Positions 15,357 through 24,639 are shown, counted from the first letter of the stretch. The stretch: 24,639 bases of DNA from a virus (IMGVR_UViG_3300028326_000159:1-24639); one strand, 5' to 3'. Notes: generated by a model from the sequence alone, not told the origin. Numbers and translations: made by a program.

Positions 15357-15432
15357 CTCCTGTACTATTTCCTAAGCATATCATCTTCCAACAATCGAAC
15401 TTTCTCAAGTGTGTTTTACTAAGGTTTCAAAA

Positions 15433-15840
15433 TTATTTTTGCCATCTTATCAGGCCAAGCGCATGCCTGTGGACTTCGAAGACATAGTTCGAGCTGTAGC
15501 CGAAGTAGGCTGCAATCTCAGACCAGCCCATGAATGACAGGTAACGCATCTCAAGAAGCGTCTCGTACTCGGGGTTGTTGATGCTCCCTATCACGCCGGC
15601 TATCTCGGAACGTAGCTTCAGGAGCTCCTCAAGTTGCTCCTGAATGGACTGCTCAAGCTCGAGTATCCTGATGACATTGCGCTCCACCACCGACTGGCAA
15701 TCCTGATGGGCTTTGGGCATATCGTCTATCACCGGGGATGCATATCCGCTGTATTTCCTGATGTTCTCCAACTGGCGCTTCTTGCTGGTAATCTTCTTAT
15801 CCAGGATGAATGCCTGGGACAGATACTCTTTCACGGTCAT
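15433..15840 (-). CDS. RinA/ArpU-like late transcription activator (DUF1492-like, about 135 aa)
   Basis: MTVKEYLSQA start, coiled-coil, C-terminal sigma4-like HTH LLEMRYL..MGWSEIA...YS....HRHAL; ATGA overlap at 15837-15840. Confidence 0.85.
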   Translation of the reverse strand: MTVKEYLSQAFILDKKITSKKRQLENIRKYSGYASPVIDDMPKAHQDCQSVVERNVIRILELEQSIQEQLEELLKLRSEIAGVIGSINNPEYETLLEMRYLSFMGWSEIAAYFGYSSNYVFEVHRHALGLIRWQK

Positions 15841-16064
15841 GCTATATCCTCCTTTCTGAATGCATCTGATATATCTGGGTTGATCTGGCAGAGAAAATCG
15901 AACCACTGGCTGTGCGAGAACAGCTCGATATCGAATTTCACCTCATCAGCCTTCAGGTCATTTGGATTCCTCTCCAGAGCCTCGCTTGCCATGCGGTAAT
16001 CCTTCAGCGCCTGCTTTACAACGGCTGTGACCAGTGTTTTCACGCCTTTTTCATTGAATGCCAT
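15837..16064 (-). CDS. Small phage hypothetical protein (about 75 aa)
   Basis: LVTAVVKQALKDYR and FSHSQWF pattern; GGAGG RBS; coupled to the downstream gene. Confidence 0.7.
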   Translation of the reverse strand: MAFNEKGVKTLVTAVVKQALKDYRMASEALERNPNDLKADEVKFDIELFSHSQWFDFLCQINPDISDAFRKEDIA

Positions 16065-17430
16065 CCTCGCCTCCAATCTCTGCCTTCACTGCCTCAAGCA
16101 GTGCATCCTGAGTTTTCTCCTTGCTGTCCAATGCCTTGAGAATCCGCTCATCTATGGTTCCCTTGGAAATGATGCGCTGGATGACAACCGTCCTGTCCTT
16201 CTGTCCTTGTCTCCAAAGTCTGGCATTGGTCTGCTGGTACAGCTCAAGGCTCCAGGTGAGCCCGAACCATATCAACGTGCTGCCACCGGACTGGAGATTC
16301 AGCCCATGCCCTGCTGATGCCGGGTGGATCAGCCCGACAGGCACGTTCCCTCGATTCCACTCACGGATTGAAGCCTCACAGTCCAGGGTCTTGAACGCTA
16401 TGCCCAGCTTGTTGAGTCTAAAGCTTATCCGCTCAAGATCATGCCTGAACCAGTAGGCCACAAGTACATTGCGCCCGTTGGCAGCTTCAATAAGGTCCTC
16501 CAGTGCATCAAGCTTGCGTTCATGAAGTGCAATCACACTGCCGTCATCACCGTATACTGCACCGTTTGCCATTTGGCAGAGCTTTCCAGACAGCGACGCT
16601 GCATTGGCTGCGGTGATTTCGCCATCGGGGAGATCCAGCACCAGGTCGGATTTCATCTTCTCGTAGACCCTGCGCTCGGATTCGGACATCACGGCACAGG
16701 CCTCAGTGCAGATAAGCTCGGGCATTGCGATGTGGTCGCATGAACGCATCGAGATGGTCATGTCGCCGATTCTCCTGTAGATCTCATCCTCTGCACCGGC
16801 TTTCGGCTTGTAGCTGAAGATGACCTGGGCATTGCGTTTGTCAGGGTTGAAGAACTCATCACGATATCCTGTGATGAAGAACCCAAGACGCTTGCCTTGA
16901 TCCAGCAACCTGAACTCAGCCCACAGGTCCAAAAGGCCGTTGCTGGCAGGAGTGCCGGTAAGGCCGACAATCCGCTTCACCATAGGTCTGACCTTCATCA
17001 AGGCTCGGAACCTCTTGGACTGGCGGCTCTTGAAGCTGGACAGCTCGTCGATTATCACCATGTCAAAACTGAACTTCGCATGGCTTTTCTCTATCAGCCA
17101 CTGGACGTTCTCCCTGTTGATGATGGTGATGTCGGCCTTCTTTGCAATCGCTTCAAGTCTCTCAGTCTCAGTGCCGGTGGCAACTGCATACGTCAGGCCA
17201 CTCAGATGGTCCCATTTGGCAATCTCATCCGGCCAGCTCAATCTAGCAACCCTCAGAGGGGCGATGACCAGGACACGGGAGACTGCAAAAGAATCATGCA
17301 GAAGGTTCTCTACAGCACTTAATGTTATGACTGTCTTGCCCATCCCGCAGTCCAGCAATATGGCTGATTCGTCATGGCTCTCAATGAAAGCCTGTGCGAA
17401 TCTCTGATACTCATGAGGTGTGTATTTCAT
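16051..17430 (-). CDS. SNF2-family (SF2) helicase (about 459 aa)
   Basis: PHEYQ, DCGMGKT, IIDELS, LTGTP, GHGLNLQ, QTNARLWRQGQ; GGGAGG RBS before ATG 17430. Confidence 0.94.
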   Translation of the reverse strand: MKYTPHEYQRFAQAFIESHDESAILLDCGMGKTVITLSAVENLLHDSFAVSRVLVIAPLRVARLSWPDEIAKWDHLSGLTYAVATGTETERLEAIAKKADITIINRENVQWLIEKSHAKFSFDMVIIDELSSFKSRQSKRFRALMKVRPMVKRIVGLTGTPASNGLLDLWAEFRLLDQGKRLGFFITGYRDEFFNPDKRNAQVIFSYKPKAGAEDEIYRRIGDMTISMRSCDHIAMPELICTEACAVMSESERRVYEKMKSDLVLDLPDGEITAANAASLSGKLCQMANGAVYGDDGSVIALHERKLDALEDLIEAANGRNVLVAYWFRHDLERISFRLNKLGIAFKTLDCEASIREWNRGNVPVGLIHPASAGHGLNLQSGGSTLIWFGLTWSLELYQQTNARLWRQGQKDRTVVIQRIISKGTIDERILKALDSKEKTQDALLEAVKAEIGGEDGIQ

Positions 17431-17692
17431 CCAGTATCCTCCCGATTTGATCTGTTTTATCCAGGACAAAAGCCCTGAATCCCAATTCCCGAAGCATCCT
17501 CATGCGAGCTTCCTGCAGTGCCCGGGGCTTCTTTCCAGGGGCCTTGACCTCGATGAATCCCATATGCCCGCCTGGCAGAAGCACCAGACGGTCAGGCATT
17601 CCATCTAGGCCAGGGCTTACGAACTTCGGTGCCAAGCCTCCCATGTCCTTCACTGCCCTCACGAGCTTTTGCTCGATTTCACGCTCTCTCAT
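17411..17692 (-). CDS. VRR-NUC domain nuclease (93 aa)
   Basis: EREIE, GMPDR, FIEVKAPG, LQ: PD-(D/E)XK VRR-NUC pattern. Confidence 0.93.
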   Translation of the reverse strand: MREREIEQKLVRAVKDMGGLAPKFVSPGLDGMPDRLVLLPGGHMGFIEVKAPGKKPRALQEARMRMLRELGFRAFVLDKTDQIGRILDEIHTS

Positions 17693-18243
17693 CCAATGAT
17701 CCTCGCTACCGGGTCGACGATCTCAAACGCAGCATGAACAGCAGAAAGGAAGTTCGTGATGGGCTTGCCCTTGTATGACCAGCAGTCGATGCCGTCAGCG
17801 CAGACATGGAATCGATCCCGGTTGCCTTCGCTGCGTTTGATCAATACGGATGTTCCTCGGTACTTGGTGCGGTAACAGCCATGCCAGGACTGCTTCCATT
17901 TTCTCTGAAGGAACCTCTGCTTGCGTCTGGCTCTGTTCTTCATCGCGTTATCACGCTCTTTTGCCGCAAGGATGTCGCCTTCCATGATGCCTGCGCAGAT
18001 GCAGCCGACGCTTACGTCCTCAAAGTAATTCTCATGGCGCATCACGTGAACGAATCGCACCTTCTGGCAGTCGCAAAGCTCGCAGGTGAAGAATTCCGGT
18101 ACCTCAGCATCCTGGTCAGCTACGTCATGGATTTCAACGCATGTCCACCGGTCAAGGGGAGCACCCCAGTCCTTCAATCGCTTAAGACAGCGGCGGACGT
18201 ATGCACTGTCCTGTTCATTTCCTGTCATTTCATCGTGTGCCAT
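17689..18243 (-). CDS. Hypothetical protein with putative zinc-binding domain (about 184 aa)
   Basis: CELC..H..GCICA cluster followed by a basic helix; GGGAGG RBS before ATG 18243; ATGA overlap with VRR-NUC. Confidence 0.75.
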   Translation of the reverse strand: MAHDEMTGNEQDSAYVRRCLKRLKDWGAPLDRWTCVEIHDVADQDAEVPEFFTCELCDCQKVRFVHVMRHENYFEDVSVGCICAGIMEGDILAAKERDNAMKNRARRKQRFLQRKWKQSWHGCYRTKYRGTSVLIKRSEGNRDRFHVCADGIDCWSYKGKPITNFLSAVHAAFEIVDPVARIIG

Positions 18244-18352
18244 TATCTGTTTTCCTCCCTGTTCCCAATTCCTAAAAAACCCATATACGCGCAAATACGT
18301 GATTCACGGCTTTCTTTCTTGTTCATTTTCATGATTTCCTTTTATTGATGAT

Positions 18353-18519
18353 TCTCAGGAACACTGGAACACTCCCTCCTAAGTAGCCTTGTGAAAGGCA
18401 TTTGGAGTGTTCCGGTAATCGTTCCCAAGCCTATTTCCAGGAACTTGGGTTGCAAGTTCCTGTGTCTGACACAGTTCCTGTTCCTGAGATGAAAATCACA
18501 CGGGAACATTTTTGGGAAC
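18353..18519. repeat. GGAAC iteron and nested inverted-repeat cluster; putative replication origin
   Basis: Ten GGAAC/GTTCC pentamers and several inverted repeats at the 3' end of the primase-helicase gene, next to an AT-rich tract. Confidence 0.75.
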
Positions 18520-20856
18520 AAAGACAAACTGTGCACCATAGCACTTTACACGCTCCTTTTGAGGAAGCCTGACCCAGCCAAGCTTTTCCAGTATCGCCGT
18601 CAGTTCATTGGAGTCGGTGCGCTTGATGTTGGCACGGTCTTTGCCAAAAACCTCGCACCAGATTTCCAGATTACAGACCCTGGATCGTTTCACCGTTGCC
18701 TTCTGGCCTGGTGTGGTGAAGCCACTGTCCGTCAGAAAGGCCCGCCTTTCATAGGTGTCCATGCAGTCCCAGTTCTCCGGCAGCGGCGTCTCAAGGAAAT
18801 CCCGTACCAAACCCTCACGTTCGTCAGATTCCAGTGCCTCGCGCTGTTCTCCCTTTGCAGAGGCTTCAAGTTCGGCTGACAGATGCAGTGTCTCTCCGGC
18901 TTTTACGTACTCATAGACCTCTGCCCAGATCTGCTTGATTTCTTCGGAAGTGATATCCCAGGGGTGGACTACCGATCCTCCCGGTGTCTTCACCGGCCAG
19001 AAACGCCGGTTGCCAGTGGTGTCACGAAGGTAACCTGACTCTGCATTTGTAGTACCGAAGAAGATGCACTGGCGCGGATGCGGCGTGGCCCGTTTCCCGA
19101 AGGCAGCCCTGTAGATGTCATTCTGCCGGGAGAGGAAGGAACGCAGGGTTTCGACCTCAGCCTTGCGCAGTCCGGCAAGCTCGCCGATTTCCAATATCCA
19201 GTAGCCCTGAAGCTTCTCGGCGGCAGTCTTGTCCTTTGTATCGCCGAGGTTCAAACTATCTGAGAACCACTCGCCGCCCAGCTTGGAAATCAGGGTGCTC
19301 TTGCCGATGCCCTGCGGGCCGTTGAGCACGAGCATAGTGTCGAACTTGCAGCCGGGATTGAAGATGCGCTTTACAGCGGCGCAAAGCGTCTTCCGTGTCA
19401 CAGCGCGCACATAGGCATTGTCCGTGGCCCCGAGATAACGGATGAGTATGGTGTCCGCCCGCAGGATTCCATCCCAGGCAGGCAGGTGCTCGAAGAACTC
19501 CCGTATCGGGTGATAGGATCGGTCGTCTGCGACCTTTGCGACAGCAATAGCATAATTGCGCTGGGAGAAGGTTCCGTAATGGGAATCGACATAGCTGATA
19601 AGCTGCGCATCATCAGCATCGCGCCAGTACTTCGAGGGGTGCTTCCAGGGAACGTCCCCTTTGATCTCCATGCCGTCAAGTTGCTGGTTGAAAACTATCG
19701 AGCGGAGTTTTTCATCGTTTTCGAGAATAAGGGTGATGTTGTGCAGGTTGTTCAGGAGTACCGTCGAGCGTGTTTCATATTGCAATCGTCTTCGCCATTC
19801 GATATTGCTGTCACCAGTTGCAAAATCATCAGAGGCCTGTGCCTGGCGTTCTTCGACCAGAAGCAGCTTCACGCCTTCATCGCTTGATGCCACCTCAGCC
19901 ATCTGGGAGTATGAGCGCTTGGGATCATCATTGCCAAACCGGTGAATCCTCACGAGGTCGAATGCGTTCAGGAGCATCCCGCAAGCGGGGTCAGTGGCAT
20001 GATGGGAATAAGCCCATTTGTCATCATAGACAACCACACCAGCAGAGCCTTCACCAGGGAGATAGTCGTACCTTCCTTCTACAGCCGATGGTACATATAT
20101 CCCTTTCAGGAACTTCTCCATTACATCCTGCACGGTGTATGTACGGCAGAACGCACCGACTATACCTGCCTTGGTCATAGGGTCAGCCTGATGGGTTGCG
20201 CTGTCATGGAGGACCGCTTCAGATTCCCTTGAGCTTGTCGGCCACTGGGTGATATCGCGCCAGTCTGCATACATGGCAAGATACTCATCTGGGTTCAGAG
20301 CTTCCCCATCACCCTCGAGGAAGGCGAACTGGCCGTCAGACGGGCATGAAGCCCAGTACATCATGCGGTTGGCCTGATAGGTGGAGTCATCAAAAAAGTC
20401 CATGCCTATCTGATGGGCTAGCATCCTCATGACCGCAGGGTATTCATCCTCGGAAACGGTCCGGCTGAACCTGACCACTATGCGATATCTGGGATTGTCC
20501 GGAGCGTTGCTATGCGTGGAGTAGATGAAATATCCATATCGTCCAAGTGCAGACTTGGCCTTGTCCAGGAAATCACTGCCCTCCGGGATGTTATCGGCAT
20601 CCAGCGTTCCGAGGGTCCTGAATGTGACATTGCCGTTCTTGCGGATGCCGCCATTGAGCCACCCGCCAACGAACCCGCCTTGGTCTTTGAGCTTGTCACG
20701 TTCTGGTTTCGGAAGCCTTGGGTATTCCTTCATGGTCTCCGAAGTCCTGATGGGCTCTGAGTTGCGCTTTTTGATATCATCCCACTTCCATTCTTGGTTC
20801 TTGTACTTTTTGTCAGTCTTGTGGTTGCAGACTGAGATCCTGATCTTATCTTCCAC
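18496..20856 (-). CDS. Primase-helicase: N-terminal primase-like domain plus VapE/VirE-like P-loop helicase (786 aa)
   Basis: GGFVGG, LDAD, YSTHS, RYRIV in the N-terminus; GPQGIGKS, EIGEL, GTTN, TGNRRFWPV in the C-terminus. Confidence 0.92.
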   Translation of the reverse strand: MEDKIRISVCNHKTDKKYKNQEWKWDDIKKRNSEPIRTSETMKEYPRLPKPERDKLKDQGGFVGGWLNGGIRKNGNVTFRTLGTLDADNIPEGSDFLDKAKSALGRYGYFIYSTHSNAPDNPRYRIVVRFSRTVSEDEYPAVMRMLAHQIGMDFFDDSTYQANRMMYWASCPSDGQFAFLEGDGEALNPDEYLAMYADWRDITQWPTSSRESEAVLHDSATHQADPMTKAGIVGAFCRTYTVQDVMEKFLKGIYVPSAVEGRYDYLPGEGSAGVVVYDDKWAYSHHATDPACGMLLNAFDLVRIHRFGNDDPKRSYSQMAEVASSDEGVKLLLVEERQAQASDDFATGDSNIEWRRRLQYETRSTVLLNNLHNITLILENDEKLRSIVFNQQLDGMEIKGDVPWKHPSKYWRDADDAQLISYVDSHYGTFSQRNYAIAVAKVADDRSYHPIREFFEHLPAWDGILRADTILIRYLGATDNAYVRAVTRKTLCAAVKRIFNPGCKFDTMLVLNGPQGIGKSTLISKLGGEWFSDSLNLGDTKDKTAAEKLQGYWILEIGELAGLRKAEVETLRSFLSRQNDIYRAAFGKRATPHPRQCIFFGTTNAESGYLRDTTGNRRFWPVKTPGGSVVHPWDITSEEIKQIWAEVYEYVKAGETLHLSAELEASAKGEQREALESDEREGLVRDFLETPLPENWDCMDTYERRAFLTDSGFTTPGQKATVKRSRVCNLEIWCEVFGKDRANIKRTDSNELTAILEKLGWVRLPQKERVKCYGAQFVFVPKNVPV

Positions 20857-21295
20857 TTTCTATCTCCTTGCAGTCGTTGCTGAAATATCTGATCCTGTAT
20901 CCCTTTCGCTTGGCTCGTTCCATTTCGCCAAGCATCCCGTCGCTTATCCGCTCGCCGAAAACCCATAACTCTCGGCATATGCCCATCAGGGCCTTGCCAA
21001 AGAGAAGTCCCAGCTCTCGCTCGGTTCTGACCGAGTCGTTTAAAAAGCGCGTAAACAGCAGATGAGGCGCCAACGGGATAAATCCCTGGTCTGCTGCGAA
21101 CCTGCTGTACCTGCAGGCCGACTCAACATTTGCCACGGTATCCCCGGAATAAGGGGAGCAGATGTACACGAATGGCCGGTACCGTCTGCCTTTGGCCTTC
21201 ACAGCTTTTTCCTTTTCCATCTCGATGCGCATCAGCGCTTGGTATGCCGTAGGATCCTGATACCCCTCGGCGTTTGTCTTGCTTATTTTTTCCAA
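20846..21295 (-). CDS. DUF4406-like / nucleoside 2-deoxyribosyltransferase-fold protein (149 aa)
   Basis: VYICSPYSG, APHLLF, CRELWVFG..ISDGM..E..RA pattern; TTG start with AAGGAGG RBS. Confidence 0.75.
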   Translation of the reverse strand: MEKISKTNAEGYQDPTAYQALMRIEMEKEKAVKAKGRRYRPFVYICSPYSGDTVANVESACRYSRFAADQGFIPLAPHLLFTRFLNDSVRTERELGLLFGKALMGICRELWVFGERISDGMLGEMERAKRKGYRIRYFSNDCKEIESGR

Positions 21296-21307
21296 GGCAT
21301 TCCTCCT

Positions 21308-23299
21308 TCAATCCTTCTGGTAATAAGGGCATTCATAACCATCCGCCCTGAGGACGAGCCCCTCAGCCCAAGGCGGTGTCTTCCCCATGAGGCTGCTGAT
21401 GGCCTCAAGGGTGTCGCTGTCATCGGCCTCGATGACCAGCTCGTCATGGATGTGCATGACTATTTTCTTGTCTCTTAACGATTTCATTGCGTAGCAGAGG
21501 ATGTCGCGGCTTGTGGCCTGGACAATGTTCTCGACCAGCTTAGGCCCATAGGTATCGATGCGTTCCCATCTCTTGGTCGCTCCAATGCCTTCATACGTGA
21601 CGGATTCTCCGTCAAACTTATTGGTACCAATCCGTGGTTTCACATAGGCAAGCCTGCGGCCGGAGGGAAGAGCGATGAACAGCATGCCTTTCATGCAGGA
21701 GAATTGCAGTTGACCAACACGGGTGCTTGTGTGCTTTTTCACCGCTTCCTTGACTGCGGCATCGACTTTCCACCAGAAGCGCACGATATTAGGGTTTGCT
21801 ATTCTCCAGGCGTCCACCAGCGGTTTGAGCTCGTCTTCCATGAGTCCCATCTCAAGGGCACCCATCGCCGTGAGCGCACCGACTCCTCCGCCATAGCCGA
21901 GAGCCAGCTCCGCAATCTTGCCTTTCTGCCTGAGGTGTCCGTTTATGCCATGCTTCTCGACAGGCACCTTGAACATCTTGCTGGCGCTTGCGCAATAGAT
22001 GTCACCGTTGCTCTCAAAGACATCCAGCCGCCATTGCTCGCCTGCCAGATACGAGAGCACCCTCGCTTCGATTGCGGAAAAGTCCGAGACTACGAACTTG
22101 TACCCCGGGCGTGGGACGAAGGCAGTCCTGATGAGCTGGGACAGTGTGTCCGGGACGTCATCGTAGAGGATCTCAAGAGCGGAGTAGTCGCCGCAGAGGA
22201 CAAGATTCCTGGCGGAATCAAGGTCTGGAATGTGGTTCTGCCTGAGATTCTGGAGCTGTATCGCGCGTCCCGACCATCGTCCGGTACGTGCTCCATAAAA
22301 GAAGAACATGCCTCGTGCCCTGCCGTCAGAACAGGCGGTGCGCTCCATTGCCTGATATTTGCTTACAGATGACTTGGCGAGTTTCAGGCGCAAGGCAAGC
22401 ACATCCTGGATCTCTTCCGGTGCTTCCTTTATGAGGGAAGCCACAGCTTTCTTTCCCAGTGTCTGGGCCTCGACCCCATGCATTGAGAGCCAGGTCTTCA
22501 GCTGAGCCACGCTGTTCGGATTCTGCAGGGCGGTCAGGTCCTTGAGGGACGCTGTGAGCTCCTGCTTCGATATCGAGTCGAACCTGATGGCGTTTTGTAC
22601 AAGGTCGCTGTCCAGGGCAATCCCGCGGTCGTTGATCTTCTGGTCCAGATGGTATTCATCCCAGACAAAATCCGGGACAGGGTAGTGGGCAAGTCGCTTC
22701 TGGATGGAAGCCTCGACATCCACGTCACGGATGTTGTAGAGCTTGAAGAGCGACCATTTCTCCGCATCGTGTGAAGGGAGATTTCGTGTTCTTCCTCCAT
22801 TTGCCGCGGTCGGCGTGCATGGCATGCAGAAGTAACGCAGAAGGCGGCTTCCCTCGGCCAGCTTCTGGTCTTCCAGTCTCAGGACCTGGCCGACTCCTTT
22901 CAGGGACAATGGAAGCCCGTTGTATGCGGACCATACCAGAGTGCACCTCCATGAGGAAGGTGAGAGGAATCCTGAAAGGGCGGCGTCGTTTTCCTTGTAG
23001 CCCTGGAATATGTCAGGGTGCCTGCGTTGCATCCAGCGGGAGAGGCAGATGCGCTCAAATGAAGCGTTGAACGCCCACTTGGTCACCGTCTCATCCACAA
23101 TGGCCTCAAGAAGGGTTCTTGGAATCTCCTCTCCTGATGCAATGTCGACCGTCCTTGCCGGTCCTCCGTCTACAGAATAGCCAAAGAGGAGAATCTCAAA
23201 GTTCGGGGACTCGCTGTATCTGTAGACCCCGCACTTCGTGAGGTCCACGTCACTGTATGTCTCCAGGTCTATGGACAGGTTGGTCATTCTTTGTTGCAT
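21308..23299 (-). CDS. Phage family A DNA polymerase with 3'-5' exonuclease (663 aa)
   Basis: Exo motifs IDLET, FNASFER, YNIRDV; polymerase motifs DFSAIEARV, RQKGKIAELALGYG, HIHDEL. Confidence 0.96.
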   Translation of the reverse strand: MQQRMTNLSIDLETYSDVDLTKCGVYRYSESPNFEILLFGYSVDGGPARTVDIASGEEIPRTLLEAIVDETVTKWAFNASFERICLSRWMQRRHPDIFQGYKENDAALSGFLSPSSWRCTLVWSAYNGLPLSLKGVGQVLRLEDQKLAEGSRLLRYFCMPCTPTAANGGRTRNLPSHDAEKWSLFKLYNIRDVDVEASIQKRLAHYPVPDFVWDEYHLDQKINDRGIALDSDLVQNAIRFDSISKQELTASLKDLTALQNPNSVAQLKTWLSMHGVEAQTLGKKAVASLIKEAPEEIQDVLALRLKLAKSSVSKYQAMERTACSDGRARGMFFFYGARTGRWSGRAIQLQNLRQNHIPDLDSARNLVLCGDYSALEILYDDVPDTLSQLIRTAFVPRPGYKFVVSDFSAIEARVLSYLAGEQWRLDVFESNGDIYCASASKMFKVPVEKHGINGHLRQKGKIAELALGYGGGVGALTAMGALEMGLMEDELKPLVDAWRIANPNIVRFWWKVDAAVKEAVKKHTSTRVGQLQFSCMKGMLFIALPSGRRLAYVKPRIGTNKFDGESVTYEGIGATKRWERIDTYGPKLVENIVQATSRDILCYAMKSLRDKKIVMHIHDELVIEADDSDTLEAISSLMGKTPPWAEGLVLRADGYECPYYQKD

Positions 23300-23339
23300 C
23301 TGTATCCTTCTTCTCCTGCCGGGCAGGGAACATCATCGA

Positions 23340-23374
23340 AACGAAACCGGGCGGCAACATGATGTGCCGTCCGG
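23340..23374 (-). terminator. Weak terminator-like hairpin after the SSB gene
   Basis: Minus strand CCGGACGGCA-8 nt-TGCCGCCCGG (one mismatch) followed by TTTCGTTT. Confidence 0.45.
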
Positions 23375-23385
23375 AACTGGAAGAT

Positions 23386-23955
23386 TTAGGCGAGGAAATC
23401 CTCATCGTCATCGGTCTCGAAATCGGACTCGGCGCTTGCCTTGCCACCCAATGGCTCTCCGTCACGGATCTTCATCAGGTTGTTCAGGCCACATGCGATG
23501 CCCTTGTTGCCATTGCTGTTGAAGGCATAGAAGCTGATGGATGCCTTGCCATACACACCGCTGTAGACCTCAGACCTGTCGAGGATCGGCTGGCATGTGG
23601 AGTCGACGATCCCTGGAGCGGTCGCGGAGTTGGCATTAAGGAAATACGCGTTTGTGTATGCCTCGTCATCCGGCCTCTCGGTGTCGCCATCCCTCAATGG
23701 GGTCTTGATGGCAGAGAGCGGGGGTACTGTCTTGCCGTTGCCGCGGAGCTTTCCTGCTCCTTCCTTGTAGGCAGCCTCGATTGCGGCCTTGATCTTCCTG
23801 ACTGTCTTCTCATCGCTTTTCGGGATGATGAGGGACACCGAGAACTTGGGCTCGCCGTTGTTGATGCTCTTGGCTTCCCAGACGTTTGCGTAAGACCAGC
23901 GGGTATCCTTTCCCGTGATCACCTTCATTGGATTTTCAATTCTTGACATGTTCAT
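23386..23955 (-). CDS. DUF2815-family single-stranded DNA-binding protein (189 aa)
   Basis: RWSYANVWE, PLRDGD, VYSGVY, GIACGLNN, DGEPLGG and acidic tail DDDEDFLA; ATGA overlap with the upstream gene. Confidence 0.9.
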   Translation of the reverse strand: MNMSRIENPMKVITGKDTRWSYANVWEAKSINNGEPKFSVSLIIPKSDEKTVRKIKAAIEAAYKEGAGKLRGNGKTVPPLSAIKTPLRDGDTERPDDEAYTNAYFLNANSATAPGIVDSTCQPILDRSEVYSGVYGKASISFYAFNSNGNKGIACGLNNLMKIRDGEPLGGKASAESDFETDDDEDFLA

Positions 23956-24639
23956 TCCTCCGTCTCATTGAATTCGTTGTTTGTCATTTCCGGGCGCTTG
24001 TCGCTCTCCGGAACCAGTGCAGGCTTTCCCTGCGGCTTTATCACCAAGGCCCCCAACAGCTCGTTGAACCTTGTCTTTCCGAGCAGTCCGGTCATGGCCG
24101 TTATGCCTTTGACTTTTCTCTCATACGGGTCATAGCCCGCGGATTCCACTTTCTCGGCCACCTTGGCCTCGTCGCTGTATTTCCGGATTGAGCGCCCCTC
24201 GACCAGCTTGAACCCTGCGATCCTCTTTCCCTTGAGAGCCTCTCCCAGGGCATAGCCCTTGACGTCATCAGCCCAGGCTACAAGTCCATCCAGCTTTGTC
24301 AGGATTTGTGCGACCTCAGCCTCGTCCAACAGTGGCGGTTCCCTGAATTCGTACTGGGCGAGCTCCATGTTCATCCTGGCTCTTTCCCTGCATTGGGCCT
24401 TGACCTTGCAGAACCGGCACCAGTCTCCTGCTGCAAGCTCGCCATCGCCTGTGATTGCCTTCTGGGCGGCAGGCTCAAGGACCTTGTCTGCCCACAGGTA
24501 GAGCGCCTCACCGGATATGTGGCTGGAGCTGATGTTGCCCAGTCGTGGCTGGAAGATGGTCATTCCGATGTCCCCAATCACGTACAAAGGTCCGAAAACC
24601 TCACATGCACCAAGTGCATAGAGCATCATCTGACTGTTG
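23952..24639 (-). CDS. DUF2800-family Cas4-like PD-(D/E)XK nuclease, 5' part outside the window
   Basis: Frame stays open to the window edge; NSQMMLYALG, IFQPR, GDWCRFCKVKAQCRER, KLVEGRS, LVPESDKRP. Confidence 0.88.
   Translation of the reverse strand, partial: NSQMMLYALGACEVFGPLYVIGDIGMTIFQPRLGNISSSHISGEALYLWADKVLEPAAQKAITGDGELAAGDWCRFCKVKAQCRERARMNMELAQYEFREPPLLDEAEVAQILTKLDGLVAWADDVKGYALGEALKGKRIAGFKLVEGRSIRKYSDEAKVAEKVESAGYDPYERKVKGITAMTGLLGKTRFNELLGALVIKPQGKPALVPESDKRPEMTNNEFNETEE

Larger units (their letters stand above)
1..24639 (-). mobile_element. Prophage / temperate siphovirus segment (replication, packaging, head and neck modules); both ends lie outside the window
   Basis: Over 30 densely packed, co-oriented, often overlapping genes including PolA, primase-helicase, HNH, TerS, TerL, portal, Clp protease and HK97-type capsid. 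No integrase or att site in the window. Confidence 0.97.

Noticed and set aside
18353-18519. Repeat cluster as a CRISPR array or tRNA
   Set aside because: No constant repeat-spacer period and no tRNA consensus arms; repeats are 5-13 bp in both orientations.
23257-23946. 229-aa plus-strand ORF
   Set aside because: Antisense shadow of the DUF2815 SSB gene; no recognisable motif.
23952-24639. Cas4-like nuclease as evidence of a CRISPR-Cas locus
   Set aside because: It sits in the usual nuclease-SSB-PolA phage replication context with no cas genes or array.

Overview
The whole window is one co-oriented (minus-strand) segment of a temperate HK97-type siphovirus or prophage. Read from right to left it carries: (1) a replication module (DUF2800 Cas4-like nuclease cut by the window edge, DUF2815 SSB, family A DNA polymerase, DUF4406-like protein, primase/VapE helicase, a GGAAC-repeat origin-like region, an unknown Cys/His protein, VRR-NUC, SNF2 helicase); (2) a RinA-like late activator, HNH endonuclease, putative cos region and terminase small subunit; (3) a 7.2-kb, 12-gene insert between terS and terL made of a methylation block (C5 methyltransferase with an overprinted +1-frame ORF and about five TRD-like modules, shortened SAM synthetase, ParB-fused amino-methyltransferase), a holin/spanin-like block with no visible endolysin, and an amidoligase/GGCT/DUF4314/DUF5049 block with repeated upstream motifs; (4) terL with a Gln-starting class 3 mini-intein, portal, Clp protease, major capsid, head fibre and neck genes. 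Spanin-like genes point to a two-membrane host despite a Firmicutes-like backbone. Family names come from motif recognition by eye; no database search was run. No tRNA, rRNA or CRISPR array was seen.
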